DNA of 64,000 bases, from the NCBI GenBank assembly GCA_963775425.1, contig CAVZJB010000016.1:32001-96000 (forward strand). Direction: 5' to 3'. Within the stretch, counting starts at the first letter, position 1. Every line of letters starts with the position of its first letter. The position numbers and the translations under genes are program-made. Below, piece by piece: positions 1 to 12,673 of the stretch. The notes beneath the pieces are model-generated. The model made no database searches, was not told the DNA's origin, and was given only the letters and a program-made list of their open reading frames with translations. This DNA comes from an uncultured delta proteobacterium. GTDB lineage: Bacteria; Myxococcota; UBA727; VGSZ01.

Positions 1-1
1 G

Positions 2-1627
2 ATGACCATCCCGCTTCATCGGCTGCAGAGCGGCGGCCTGCTGCTGTTTGCCTTCTTCATGATCAGCGACCCCAAGACCACGCCCGACGCCCGCGCGGGT
101 CGCGTGCTCTACGCGTTCATCGTCGCCGCCGGCGCGCTCTTCGTGCAGTTCGGCCTGTTCGGCACCAACGGCATCCTGTGGTCCCTGTTTCTGTGCGCGT
201 TCCTCGTCCCGGTCATCGACCGCTTCTTCAAGGGGGAGCGCTACGTGTGGGCCCGCGCGCGCACCGCGCGTGTCTCGCGCGGCGGTGTGCTCGCCTCGCC
301 CGTGGCGATCGCCGTCATCGCGCTCGTCGCTCTCGGCGCCGGCGACGCCAAGGCGTTTTGCGGCTTCTACGTCGCCAAGGCCGACGCCAAGCTGTTCAAC
401 AAGGCGTCGCAGGTGGTGCTCGTGCGCGACGAGGAAAAGACCGTGCTCACCATGGCCAACGACTACCAGGGCAAGGTCAAGGACTTCGCCATGGTGGTGC
501 CGGTGCCCACCGAGATCACCCGCGCGCAGATCCACATCGGCGACATGAAGACCATCGATCACCTCGACGGCTACACGGTGCCGCGGCTCGTCGAGTACTT
601 CGACGGCGACCCGTGCTACCGGCCGCCGCCGCCGCGCCCCATGATGGCGCCCTCGGCGGCGCGGCGGGGCGCGGGAGCCGCCAGGAGCGAGGCGCTGGCG
701 GACCGCGCGCGAGCCCTCGGCGTGACCATCGAGGCCACCTACACCGTCGGCGAGTACGACATCCTCATCCTGAGCGCCAAACAGAGCGACGGCCTGGTCA
801 CCTGGCTGAAGGAGGAGGGCTACAAGATCCCCGACGGCGCCGAGCCCGTCGTCGACAGCTACCTCAAGCAGAAGATGCATTGGTTCGTCGCCAAGGTGAA
901 CCTCGCCGAGCACGACAAGCTCGGCGGCGGGAAGCTTCGGCCCATCCAGGTCGCCTATGAGTCCCCGAAGTTCATGCTGCCCATCCGGCTCGGCACGGTG
1001 AACGCGCAGGGCACCCAGGACCTCATCATCTACGCGCTCACCAAGAGCGGGCGCGTGGAGACCACCAACTACAAGACCGTCAAGCTCCCCAGCGACCTCA
1101 ACGTCCCCGAGTACACCAAGGACGTCTTCGGCGACTTCTACAAGGCGATGTTCGGCCGTCAGGTGCAGAAGAACGACATGCGCTCCGTGATCACCGAGTA
1201 CGCCTGGGACATGAGCTTCTGCGATCCGTGCGCGGCGCAGCCGCTGTCGACGCAGGAGCTCAAAGACCTCGGCGTGTGGTGGATCGGGCAGGGCGACGGC
1301 TACCACGGCTACGGCGGCAACAACGCGTTCGTCACGCGCCTGCACGTCCGCTACGACCGCGGCCACTTCCCCGAGGATCTGGTGTTCCAGGCCACGAGCG
1401 ATCGGCAGAACTTCCAGGGGCGCTACATCCTGCAGCACCCGTTCAAGGGGGACCTGTCGTGTCCCGCCGGCAAGCAGTACAAGCGCGCGCTGTACGCGCG
1501 GGAGAAGAAGGAGGCCAAGACATTGGCCGACCTCACCGGCTGGAAGCTCGCCGACATCGAGAAAAAGATGCACCTCGGCCGAGCGCCGTCCGACGACAAC
1601 ACGTGGTACCAGAAGCTCTGGAAGTGA
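2..1627 (+). CDS. RnfD/NqrB-like membrane domain fused to DUF2330 domain (5'-truncated by window edge)
   Basis: The N-terminal hydrophobic segment contains LFAFFMISDPKTTP (RnfD/NqrB-type FMxxDPxTTP motif). An internal signal-like stretch ending AKA is followed by the DUF2330-type start FCGFYVAKADAKLFN, then VGEYD and CDPC motifs. No in-frame stop separates the domains. Confidence 0.75.
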   Translation: MTIPLHRLQSGGLLLFAFFMISDPKTTPDARAGRVLYAFIVAAGALFVQFGLFGTNGILWSLFLCAFLVPVIDRFFKGERYVWARARTARVSRGGVLASPVAIAVIALVALGAGDAKAFCGFYVAKADAKLFNKASQVVLVRDEEKTVLTMANDYQGKVKDFAMVVPVPTEITRAQIHIGDMKTIDHLDGYTVPRLVEYFDGDPCYRPPPPRPMMAPSAARRGAGAARSEALADRARALGVTIEATYTVGEYDILILSAKQSDGLVTWLKEEGYKIPDGAEPVVDSYLKQKMHWFVAKVNLAEHDKLGGGKLRPIQVAYESPKFMLPIRLGTVNAQGTQDLIIYALTKSGRVETTNYKTVKLPSDLNVPEYTKDVFGDFYKAMFGRQVQKNDMRSVITEYAWDMSFCDPCAAQPLSTQELKDLGVWWIGQGDGYHGYGGNNAFVTRLHVRYDRGHFPEDLVFQATSDRQNFQGRYILQHPFKGDLSCPAGKQYKRALYAREKKEAKTLADLTGWKLADIEKKMHLGRAPSDDNTWYQKLWK

Positions 1628-1631
1628 ACCG

Positions 1632-2960
1632 ATGAACGCACGCACCCTCACCGTCGTCGCCGCAACCGTCCTCTTCAGCATGAAGGCGAGCGCCTTCTGC
1701 GGCTTCTTCGTGGCGAAGGCGGACGCCAAGCTGTTCAACAAGTCCTCGCAGGTGGTGCTGGTGCGCGACGAGGACAAGACCGTCCTCACCATGGCCAACG
1801 ACTACCAGGGCAAGGTCAAGGACTTCGCCGTCGTCGTGCCGGTGCCCACCGCCATCACCAAGCAGCAGATCCACATCGGCGACATGAAGGTGATCGATCA
1901 CCTCGACGGCTACACGGTGCCGCGCCTCGTCGAGTACTCGGATCGGAACCCGTGCGAGCCCATCTACAAGGACAAGGCGCGCCGCTACTCCAAGATGGCG
2001 CCGATGATGGAGTCCGCCAAGAAGGACAGCGCCGCCGAGCGCGCGAAGGCGCTCGGCGTGAAGATCGAGGCGAGCTACACCGTCGGCGAGTACGACATCC
2101 TCATCCTGAGCGCCAAGCAGAGCACGGGGCTCATCACCTGGCTCACCGAAGAGCACTACAAGATCCCCGCGGGCGCCGGCCCCGTCGTCGACAGCTACCT
2201 GAAGCAGAAGATGCATTGGTTCGTGGCCAAGGTGAACCTCGCGGAGCACGACAAGCTCGGCGGCGGCAAGCTCCGGCCCATCCAGATCGCCTACGAGTCA
2301 CCGAAGTTCATGCTGCCCATCCGCCTCGGCACGGTGAACGCGGACGGCACCCAGGACCTGATCGTCTACGCGCTGACCAAGAGCGGGCGCGTGGAGACCA
2401 CCAACTACAAGACCGTCAAGCTGCCGTCCGACGCCGAGATCCCGGAGTACACCAAGGACGTCTTCGGCGAATTCTACAAGGCGCTCTTCGCCCGCACCGT
2501 CGAGAAGAACGACATGCGCTCCGTGATCACGGAGTACGCGTGGGACATGAGCTTCTGCGACCCGTGCGCGGCGCAGCCCCTGTCCACGCAGGAGCTCAGG
2601 TCGCTCGGCGTGTGGTGGATCGGGCAGGGCGACGGCTACCACGGCTACGGCGGCAACAACGCCTTCGTTACGCGCCTGCACGTGCGCTACGACCAGGCCC
2701 ACTTCCCCGAGGACCTCGTCTTTCAACAGACGAGCGACCGCCAGAACTTCCAGGGGCGCTACATCATGCGCCACCCCTGGCGCGGCCCCATGAATTGCTC
2801 GGCCGCGGGCGCCTACAAAAAGCAGGTGTGGGAGCGGGAGAAGAAGCAGGCGCAGACGCTGGCCGACCTCACGGGTTGGAAGCTCGCCGACATCGAGAAG
2901 AAGATGAACCTCGGCGCCAAGCCCGCCGGGGACAAGTGGTACAACAAGCTCTGGAAGTAG
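1632..2960 (+). CDS. DUF2330 domain-containing exported protein (tandem paralogue of upstream gene)
   Basis: Signal peptide ending ASA|FCGFF. Colinear and highly similar to the C-terminal ~420 aa of 2..1627, with long identical stretches. Confidence 0.85.
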   Translation: MNARTLTVVAATVLFSMKASAFCGFFVAKADAKLFNKSSQVVLVRDEDKTVLTMANDYQGKVKDFAVVVPVPTAITKQQIHIGDMKVIDHLDGYTVPRLVEYSDRNPCEPIYKDKARRYSKMAPMMESAKKDSAAERAKALGVKIEASYTVGEYDILILSAKQSTGLITWLTEEHYKIPAGAGPVVDSYLKQKMHWFVAKVNLAEHDKLGGGKLRPIQIAYESPKFMLPIRLGTVNADGTQDLIVYALTKSGRVETTNYKTVKLPSDAEIPEYTKDVFGEFYKALFARTVEKNDMRSVITEYAWDMSFCDPCAAQPLSTQELRSLGVWWIGQGDGYHGYGGNNAFVTRLHVRYDQAHFPEDLVFQQTSDRQNFQGRYIMRHPWRGPMNCSAAGAYKKQVWEREKKQAQTLADLTGWKLADIEKKMNLGAKPAGDKWYNKLWK

Positions 2961-2976
2961 GGCGGGCCCCGCGGCG

Positions 2977-3441
2977 TCACATCGAGGCGTCGTGCTTGAT
3001 GCGCCAGGCCTTTGCGCCCGGCGGCTTTACGAGGCCGATGACGGAGTAGCCCTCCGCGTGCGGCTTCTTCGCGAACGCGAGCTTCCACTTCATCGCCACC
3101 GATGCCGCCTGCGGGCCCGCGGCGACGTCGAGGATCTCGAACGACAGCGCGCCCATCTGCTCCCTGCTGGCGTACTTCTTCTTGTAACGCTCGAGGACGG
3201 CCTGGCGCGTGCGGGTGAGACCCGAGGGAGAGACGAAGACGGCGTCGTCGTCGTAGTGGCTGCAGAAGGCGTCGATGTCTCCCGCGGTCCATTCGCGCGC
3301 GGAGAGGTCGAGGAGGGCGCGGAGCTTGGTGTCGGCGTCGACGGGGATGCTGAGCGTGTCGGCTCGCGCGCCCCCCGACAGGACGGGCGACAGGACGGGC
3401 GCGAGCGCGAGCGGGAAGGCGAGGGCCTGGCGGCGCTTCAC
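2977..3441 (-). CDS. NTF2/SnoaL-like (DUF4440/YybH-like) exported protein
   Basis: GTG at 3441 overlaps the GNAT stop (GTGA). N-terminus KRRQAL followed by a hydrophobic stretch. Contains WTAGDIDAFCSHY and ends WRIKHDASM, typical of NTF2-fold proteins. Confidence 0.7.
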   Translation of the reverse strand: MKRRQALAFPLALAPVLSPVLSGGARADTLSIPVDADTKLRALLDLSAREWTAGDIDAFCSHYDDDAVFVSPSGLTRTRQAVLERYKKKYASREQMGALSFEILDVAAGPQAASVAMKWKLAFAKKPHAEGYSVIGLVKPPGAKAWRIKHDASM

Positions 3442-3974
3442 GGCACGTCCTTGAGCTCGCCGGGCAGGACGCTCATCAACGACAGCGATTGGAAACGGCC
3501 GTCGCGGAAGTACGCGTGGCGCCTGTCGCCTTCGTGCAAGAAGCCGAGCTTCTGGTAGCTCCGCACGGCGCTCGTGTTGGTCGGGAAGACCTCGAGCTCG
3601 ACGCGCACGAGCCCGAGCTCGCCGTGGGCGTACTTGACGAGGGTGTGCATGGCGTCGGTGCCATACCCCTTGCCGCGGTCGGCGGCGCGCCCGACGAGGA
3701 TGCCCACGAGGCAGCCGCGGTTCTTCCAGTCGATGCGATGGATGCCGCAGGTGCCGAGGAGCCGGGGCGCTCCGTCGTTTTCGGCTTCGAAGGCGAACAC
3801 TTGATCGGTCTGGCTGGTCTGGATGGCCTCGTACCAGCGGCTCTCGTCGGCGAGCGACAACGGCCGATACGACGCGAGCGTCGCGCGCGTTTGCGGATCG
3901 TTGAACCACGCGGTGATGGCCGGCAGGTCCTCGCGCTCGACGGCCCGCAGTCGAACCTTTTTCCCCATGAGCAC
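3438..3974 (-). CDS. GNAT acetyltransferase, RimJ/RimL family
   Basis: KVRLRAVEREDL N-terminus, acetyl-CoA motif RGKGYGT, and N..AVRSYQKLGFLHEG. GAGGAGG Shine-Dalgarno precedes GTG 3974 (alternative ATG 3968). Confidence 0.85.
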   Translation of the reverse strand: MLMGKKVRLRAVEREDLPAITAWFNDPQTRATLASYRPLSLADESRWYEAIQTSQTDQVFAFEAENDGAPRLLGTCGIHRIDWKNRGCLVGILVGRAADRGKGYGTDAMHTLVKYAHGELGLVRVELEVFPTNTSAVRSYQKLGFLHEGDRRHAYFRDGRFQSLSLMSVLPGELKDVP

Positions 3975-4125
3975 GGCGGCCTCCTCGTCGTCACCGCGGG
4001 CTACACCTGCAGCGTTCGTGTGCCAACAGGCCCGGCCGCTGTGTCGAACCGAACACGCTCGTGTGCGATGGACATCACGGGGGCGATCTTCGTCGACGCC
4101 GGCGCACCGGTCGTACGATCGAGGC

Positions 4126-5112
4126 ATGTCGAGCGACGGCGACTTGCCTCCGCTGCTGACGACCGCAGGCGCTCCTCCCTCGCGCCCCGCCCGAGACGCG
4201 TCCGCGCCGCGCGCGCGCCGGCGGCTCGACCCGACGGACGTCCGCCTGCGCCGCGCCCGGCGCCTCCAGCTCGCGCGGCGCGCCTGCCTCGCCGCGTCGT
4301 TCGGGTTCGCCGTCGTCGTGCCGCTCGCGCACGCCGCCGCCAACGCCGTCGACGACGGCCGCGCCGCCGCGGGCCTCCCGCGCCCCCCGCTCCTCGGGGC
4401 GCCGTGGTCGGTGTCGCTCTTCGGCCTCGAGCTCACAGACCCGCTCGCCCTCGCGAGCCTCGCCGCCGCCGGCGCCGGCGCGCACGCCCTCGCCGCGGCG
4501 GCGCTGGGCGCGCTCCCCGTGATCGCGCTCGTGATGCTCCTCGGGCGCTACTTCTGCGCCTGGCTGTGCCCGTACGCCGTCGTCGTCGCCGTCAGCAACG
4601 CCGCGCGCAGCATCCTGCGCAAGGCGGGCGTGCCGCTCCTCGACGTCCGCCTGCCGCGCGCGACGGCCTTCGTCGTGCTCGCCGCGCTCCTCGCCGCCAG
4701 CGCCGTGGCCGGCTTCGCGCTCGCGCCGCTCGTCTACCCGCCCGCCATCGCGGGCCGCGCCTTGTGGAGCTTCGCGGCGTTCGGGAGCGCGGGCGCCGGG
4801 GCCGTCGTCGTCGTCGCGCTCTTTGCGTTCGACACGTTCGTCTCGCGCGCCGGCTTCTGCCGATCGCTGTGCCCCGGCGGCGCGATGTTCCGCGCGCTCT
4901 CCGTGCTCTCGCCGGTGCGCGTGCGCCGGACGCCGGCGCGTTGCACCGACTGCGGCGTCTGCGACGCCGTCTGCAACATGGGCGAGTCCCCGATGACCGA
5001 CGCCGTCGACGCCGGCTGCGACCGCTGCGCGCGCTGCGTCTCATCCTGTCCCACGGGCGCGCTCGACCTCGTCGCCATCGGCCGGCCGCGCCGGAGAGGA
5101 CCCACGCCATGA
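4126..5112 (+). CDS. NapH/MauN-family membrane polyferredoxin (quinol dehydrogenase subunit)
   Basis: Several TM helices, LTDPLA motif, two Cx3CP motifs (FCAWLCPY, FCRSLCPGG) and a C-terminal 2x[4Fe-4S] domain (CTDCGVCDAVC, CDRCARCVSSCP). Confidence 0.85.
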   Translation: MSSDGDLPPLLTTAGAPPSRPARDASAPRARRRLDPTDVRLRRARRLQLARRACLAASFGFAVVVPLAHAAANAVDDGRAAAGLPRPPLLGAPWSVSLFGLELTDPLALASLAAAGAGAHALAAAALGALPVIALVMLLGRYFCAWLCPYAVVVAVSNAARSILRKAGVPLLDVRLPRATAFVVLAALLAASAVAGFALAPLVYPPAIAGRALWSFAAFGSAGAGAVVVVALFAFDTFVSRAGFCRSLCPGGAMFRALSVLSPVRVRRTPARCTDCGVCDAVCNMGESPMTDAVDAGCDRCARCVSSCPTGALDLVAIGRPRRRGPTP

Positions 5113-5687
5113 CGGGGGACTTCACCCGCCTCACCCGCCGCGAAGCCCTCGCCGCCGGTGCCGCCGGCGTCGCCGCCCTCGCCACGGTCGGCGTCGCGGG
5201 CGCCGCCGCCGCGCTCGCGGGCATGGGGCGCCTCGAGGCGCTCCGCCCGCCGGGGGCGCTGCCCGGCGCCGCGTTCGCGGCCGCGTGCATCGGCTGCTTC
5301 CGCTGCGCCGAGGTCTGCCCGCCCGGCGCCATCCGGCTCACGCCGCTGCCCTCCATCGACCCGTCCCGCAGCGCGTGCACGCTGTGTATGCAGTGCGGCC
5401 CGGCGTGTCCCACCGGCGCCCTCGGCGTCGTCGCGCTCGACGACGTCGCCCGCGTGGTGCGCATGGGGAGCCCCCACCTCGACGCCGACGCCTGCCGCGC
5501 CTGGCGCGCGCGCCCCTGCTCGCTCTGCTCCGACGTGTGCCCCGTCGACGGCGCCGTCGTCCTCGATGGGCGCCTCCGTCCTCACTTTGATAATTCAAAA
5601 TGTGTCGGCTGCGGCCAATGCACCCAGGCGTGCCCCGTGGAGCCGCAGGCCATCCGCATCCGCCCGCCGGAAGGAGCCCGCACATGA
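5109..5687 (+). CDS. NapG/MauM-family Tat-exported polyferredoxin
   Basis: TRREAL twin-arginine signal, LRPPGA motif and four CxxCxxCxxxCP-type clusters. ATG overlaps the upstream stop (ATGA). Confidence 0.85.
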   Translation: MTGDFTRLTRREALAAGAAGVAALATVGVAGAAAALAGMGRLEALRPPGALPGAAFAAACIGCFRCAEVCPPGAIRLTPLPSIDPSRSACTLCMQCGPACPTGALGVVALDDVARVVRMGSPHLDADACRAWRARPCSLCSDVCPVDGAVVLDGRLRPHFDNSKCVGCGQCTQACPVEPQAIRIRPPEGART

Positions 5688-7678
5688 CCGCGGGCCCACC
5701 GTCGCGGTGGAAGCGGCGCGACGCGCTCAAGCTCGGCGTGGTCGGCGGGGCAGGGGCCGCCGCGGCGGCGCTCGGTGTCGCCGGCACCGTCGCCGCGCGC
5801 GAGGTGGAGCGCAAGGGGGAGTGCCGCTTCTGCACCATGCACTGCGGCACGCTCGCCACCGTCCGCGCCGGCCGCGTCACGTCGGTGCGCGGTGACCCCG
5901 AGGCCCGCACGCGCGGCTTCCTCTGCGCCCACGGCCGGGCGCTCCCCGAGGTCATCAACGGGGATGCGAGACTTTCACAACCATGGAACTGTATGACCGG
6001 CGGCGCGAGCTGGGAGCGCGCCTTCGACGACATCGGCGGGCGCCTGCGCGCGCTGCGCGACGCCCACGGGCCGGAGTCGCTCGCGGTGATGACGGGGTGG
6101 CCCTTCGTCCGCCACCCCATGATCCACCTGCTTCACCGCTTCTGCCGCGCGTACGGCACCCCGAACCTCGCTACCGTCGCGAGCCTCTGCGAGGCCGCCG
6201 GGCGCATGGGGCGGACGCTTCTGTGGGGCAGGAGCTACACGCCGGACCTCGACAAGGTGCAGACCCTCCTCGTGTGGGGCGCCGACCCGCCGCGCACGGC
6301 ACCGCCGTTCGGCTTCCTCGTGGCGCGCGCGCGCACGCTCGTCGTCGTGGATCCCGTAAAGACCGAGCTCGCCAAAAACGCCCACCGCTGGGTCCGGGTC
6401 CGACCGGGCACCGACGCCGCGTTTGCGCTCGGCCTCATCCGCGCCGTCTTCGACGCGGGTCTGCAGGACGAGGCGTTCCTCGCCGCGCACACCGTGAACG
6501 TGGCGTCGCTGCGGCAGCTCGTCGAGCCGTGGACGCCGCAGCGCACCGCCGAGGTCACCGGCTGCGGCGGCGACGACGTCACCGCCGTCGCCGCCCTGTT
6601 CGCCCGCGCCCCCGCCGGCGTCTGGGACGGGCTCGGCGTCGAGCACCACAAAGACGGCGTCGACACCGCGCGCGCCATCTCCGCGCTGGTGGCCGTGTGC
6701 GGGCACAAGGACGCCCAGCGCTTCGAGCGGGCGGACCCGCTGTTGCGCATCGAGCAGCAGGGCCCCGTGCCGCCGGCGCCGAGCACCCCGCCGCTCGGCG
6801 TCGAGGAGCACTCGCTGTTCTGCGCGCTTCATCGCCAGGCGCACGCGAGCGCGCTGTGGCCGGGCATCCTCGACGGCCGCGTGCGCGGGCTCGTGTGCTT
6901 CGGCGCCAACCCCGCGCTCACGTCGCCGGACAGCGCGCTGGTGCGACGCGCGCTCGCGAAGCTCGACCTCGCCGTCGTCGTCGATCCGTTTTTCTCCGAG
7001 ACCGCGGCGCTCGCGCACTGGGCGCTGCCGGCGGCGAGCTTCGCCGAGGGCACGCCCGGCGACGGCCCGGCGGTGGTGCCGCCGCAAGGGGACAGCCGCA
7101 CCGACGCGGACATCCTGTTTTCGCTCGCGCGCGCCTGCGGGCTCGGCGCGTATTTCCCGTGGCGGGGAATGGCCGAGGCCTTCCGCGGCCCGCGCACGGT
7201 CGTCGACGACAAGTGGGCGAGCGACATCGTGGCGGCCCAGGTCCCGCGCTTCGGCGACCCCATCGACCTGTCGTTCCCCTGCGCGGTGCCCTCGAGCGCG
7301 CCCCCCTCGGGGGCCGGCGTCGACGGCGCCGGGCCAGCGTTCCCCCTGCGGCTCGTGACGGGGCCGCGGCAGCGGGCGTACATCAACTCGCAGTTCCACG
7401 AGGTGCGGGCCGTCGCCCGGCTGCTCCCGCGGCCGCTCGCCCGCCTGCACCCGGCCCACGGCGTCGCCGACGGCGCCCCGGTGGTCGTCGAGACCGCGCG
7501 GGGGCGCGCGACGTTCTTCGCGGAGGTCACCGAGGACGTGGCGCCCGACGTCGTCGTCGTCCCCCACGGCTGGCCCGGCGACGCCGACGCCAACCGCCTG
7601 ACGTCGTGGGACGGGCGCGACCCGATCTCGGGCTTCCCCGAGCTGCGGGCGCTCGCGTGCCGCCTCGTTTCCAGCTAG
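5684..7678 (+). CDS. Tat-exported molybdopterin (Mo/W-bisPGD, DMSO reductase superfamily) oxidoreductase, substrate unknown
   Basis: KRRDALK Tat signal, CX2CX3CX26C [4Fe-4S] motif, VVVDP, RPGTDAAFALG, GANPALTSPD, VDPFFSETAALAHWALPAA, and C-terminal dinucleotide-binding domain ending DPISGFPE. Confidence 0.85.
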   Translation: MTAGPPSRWKRRDALKLGVVGGAGAAAAALGVAGTVAAREVERKGECRFCTMHCGTLATVRAGRVTSVRGDPEARTRGFLCAHGRALPEVINGDARLSQPWNCMTGGASWERAFDDIGGRLRALRDAHGPESLAVMTGWPFVRHPMIHLLHRFCRAYGTPNLATVASLCEAAGRMGRTLLWGRSYTPDLDKVQTLLVWGADPPRTAPPFGFLVARARTLVVVDPVKTELAKNAHRWVRVRPGTDAAFALGLIRAVFDAGLQDEAFLAAHTVNVASLRQLVEPWTPQRTAEVTGCGGDDVTAVAALFARAPAGVWDGLGVEHHKDGVDTARAISALVAVCGHKDAQRFERADPLLRIEQQGPVPPAPSTPPLGVEEHSLFCALHRQAHASALWPGILDGRVRGLVCFGANPALTSPDSALVRRALAKLDLAVVVDPFFSETAALAHWALPAASFAEGTPGDGPAVVPPQGDSRTDADILFSLARACGLGAYFPWRGMAEAFRGPRTVVDDKWASDIVAAQVPRFGDPIDLSFPCAVPSSAPPSGAGVDGAGPAFPLRLVTGPRQRAYINSQFHEVRAVARLLPRPLARLHPAHGVADGAPVVVETARGRATFFAEVTEDVAPDVVVVPHGWPGDADANRLTSWDGRDPISGFPELRALACRLVSS

Positions 7679-7727
7679 CGCTCCTCGCCCGCTGGCGTCG
7701 GCGGCGCTCCTCGGGTAGGTCAGCGCC

Positions 7728-11098
<3,371 letters not shown>

Positions 11099-11102
<4 letters not shown>

Positions 11103-11836
11103 ACGGCCCAGGCGCGCGTCCCGTGTTCGCTTCGATGGGGCCGCGCGGGGCGGGCCCGCGCCCCACGTCGAGCGCGCCTTCGCGGCGCGGGCCCGCGGCC
11201 TGCGCGCTCGGCGCCGCGGCGCTCGCGGTGTGCACCGCGGGGTGCCCCAAGCACGCCAAGCTCAACGAGCACCCGGACGTCCCCGCGTGCCGGGCGGCGG
11301 CGACCTCGACGGCGTCGGTGCCGCTGTGGACCGGGGGCGCCATCGCCGTGCGCTTCGCGAACGAGGCGGCGCCCACGTGTCCGGCGCCGGGCCGGATCTT
11401 CGTCGACGCCGCCGCCGGCAAGGGGCTGCGCTTCATCCAGGTCGTCGACGTCGACGTGCCCGCTCCGGACAAGGACGCCCCCGGCGCGCCGCTCACCCTC
11501 GTGCGCGCGCCGCACCGCTGGGTGTTCCTCGACGTCGCCCCCGAGGTGCGCAAGGACAACGCGCCCTTCGTGAACGGCAGCGACGACGGCACCTTCTGGG
11601 ACAACCCGGCTTGGCTCGACGCCGCCAAGGAAGACCAGCGCTGGGCCGCGCGCAGCTACGCCGTCGTCGCCCACGGCACCGAGGTCGACGCCGTCGGCGG
11701 CTTCACGTGGGGCTTCACCCGCCACGCGGGCGAGACCGCGGCGACGGCGGTGGCGCCGGCGCCCCTCGACGCCGCCGCCTGGCGCGCCGACCGCGCGCTG
11801 CTCGAGAAGGCGTTTTCGTCGTGGAGCTTCGAGTAG
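11099..11836 (+). CDS. hypothetical lipoprotein (start uncertain, possibly ATG 11135)
   Basis: Lipobox-like TAGC after a hydrophobic stretch. Fills the gap between carB and the hydratase gene with GC-rich third codon positions. Confidence 0.55.
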
Positions 11837-11867
11837 CCCCGCGCGCGCGTTCGTCGTAGACGGCGGC

Positions 11868-12665
11868 ATGACCCTCGTCGACATCAACAAGAGCGAAGGC
11901 GTCGCCGTGCTCACGCTCGAGAACGCGCCGGCCAACTGTTACAGCTACGAGATGATGAAGGAGCTCGACGCCGCCGTGCTCGACGTGCGTATGGACGAGA
12001 GCGTCCACGCCGTCGTCGTCACCGGCGCCGCGGGCGCGGCCGACAAGCCGCAGTTCTTCTGCGCTGGCGCCGACATCGCCATGCTCGAGACGGCCACGCC
12101 GGCGTTCAAGTACGCCTTCTGCCTCCACGCCAACGAGACGCTCAACCGCCTCGAGCAAACGCCCAAGGTCGTCGTCGCCGCGCTGAACGGCCACTGCGTC
12201 GGCGGGGGCCTCGAGGTCGCCCTCGCGTGCGATCTCCGCTTCGCCGTGCGCCCGGCGGGCAAGCCGTACAAGATCGGCCTTCCCGAGATGAAGCTCGGCG
12301 TGCTCCCCGGCACCGGCGGCACCGCGCGCCTCACGCGCCTGCTCGGCAAGTCCAAGGCGCTCGAGCTCATGCTCGAGGCAAAGACCGTCGCCGTCGACGA
12401 GGCGCTCGCGCTCGGCCTGGTCAACCGCGTCGTCGACTCCCTCGATGACGTCGTCGCGTTCGCCCGCTCGCTGTGTCCGCCCGCGTCGCCGTCCCTGGCC
12501 GCCGGGCTCATCAAGCGCTCGGTGCAGTCCGGCGGCGAGATGAGCTTCGAGGGCCACCTCGCCCTCGAGCGCGAGCTGCAGCAGCGCCTCTTCACGTCCG
12601 CCGACGCCATGGAAGGCATCAAGGCCTACGTCGACAAGCGACCCGCGAAGTTCACGGGTCGCTGA
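11868..12665 (+). CDS. enoyl-CoA hydratase/isomerase (crotonase family)
   Basis: FFCAGADI, ALNGHCVGGGLEVALACDLR, GLPEMKLGVLPGTGGT, C-terminal EGIKAYVDKRPAKFTGR. Confidence 0.93.
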   Translation: MTLVDINKSEGVAVLTLENAPANCYSYEMMKELDAAVLDVRMDESVHAVVVTGAAGAADKPQFFCAGADIAMLETATPAFKYAFCLHANETLNRLEQTPKVVVAALNGHCVGGGLEVALACDLRFAVRPAGKPYKIGLPEMKLGVLPGTGGTARLTRLLGKSKALELMLEAKTVAVDEALALGLVNRVVDSLDDVVAFARSLCPPASPSLAAGLIKRSVQSGGEMSFEGHLALERELQQRLFTSADAMEGIKAYVDKRPAKFTGR

Positions 12666-12673
12666 CGCGCCGC

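Noticed and set aside
2-300. Complete Rnf or Na+-NQR complex
   Set aside because: Only a partial RnfD/NqrB-like domain is visible, and no other subunits follow it in the window.
5684-7678. Calling the molybdoenzyme NapA because of adjacent NapG/NapH-like genes
   Set aside because: It is shorter than typical NapA, lacks recognisable NapA active-site motifs and the conserved Lys after the Fe-S motif, and no napB/napD is present.
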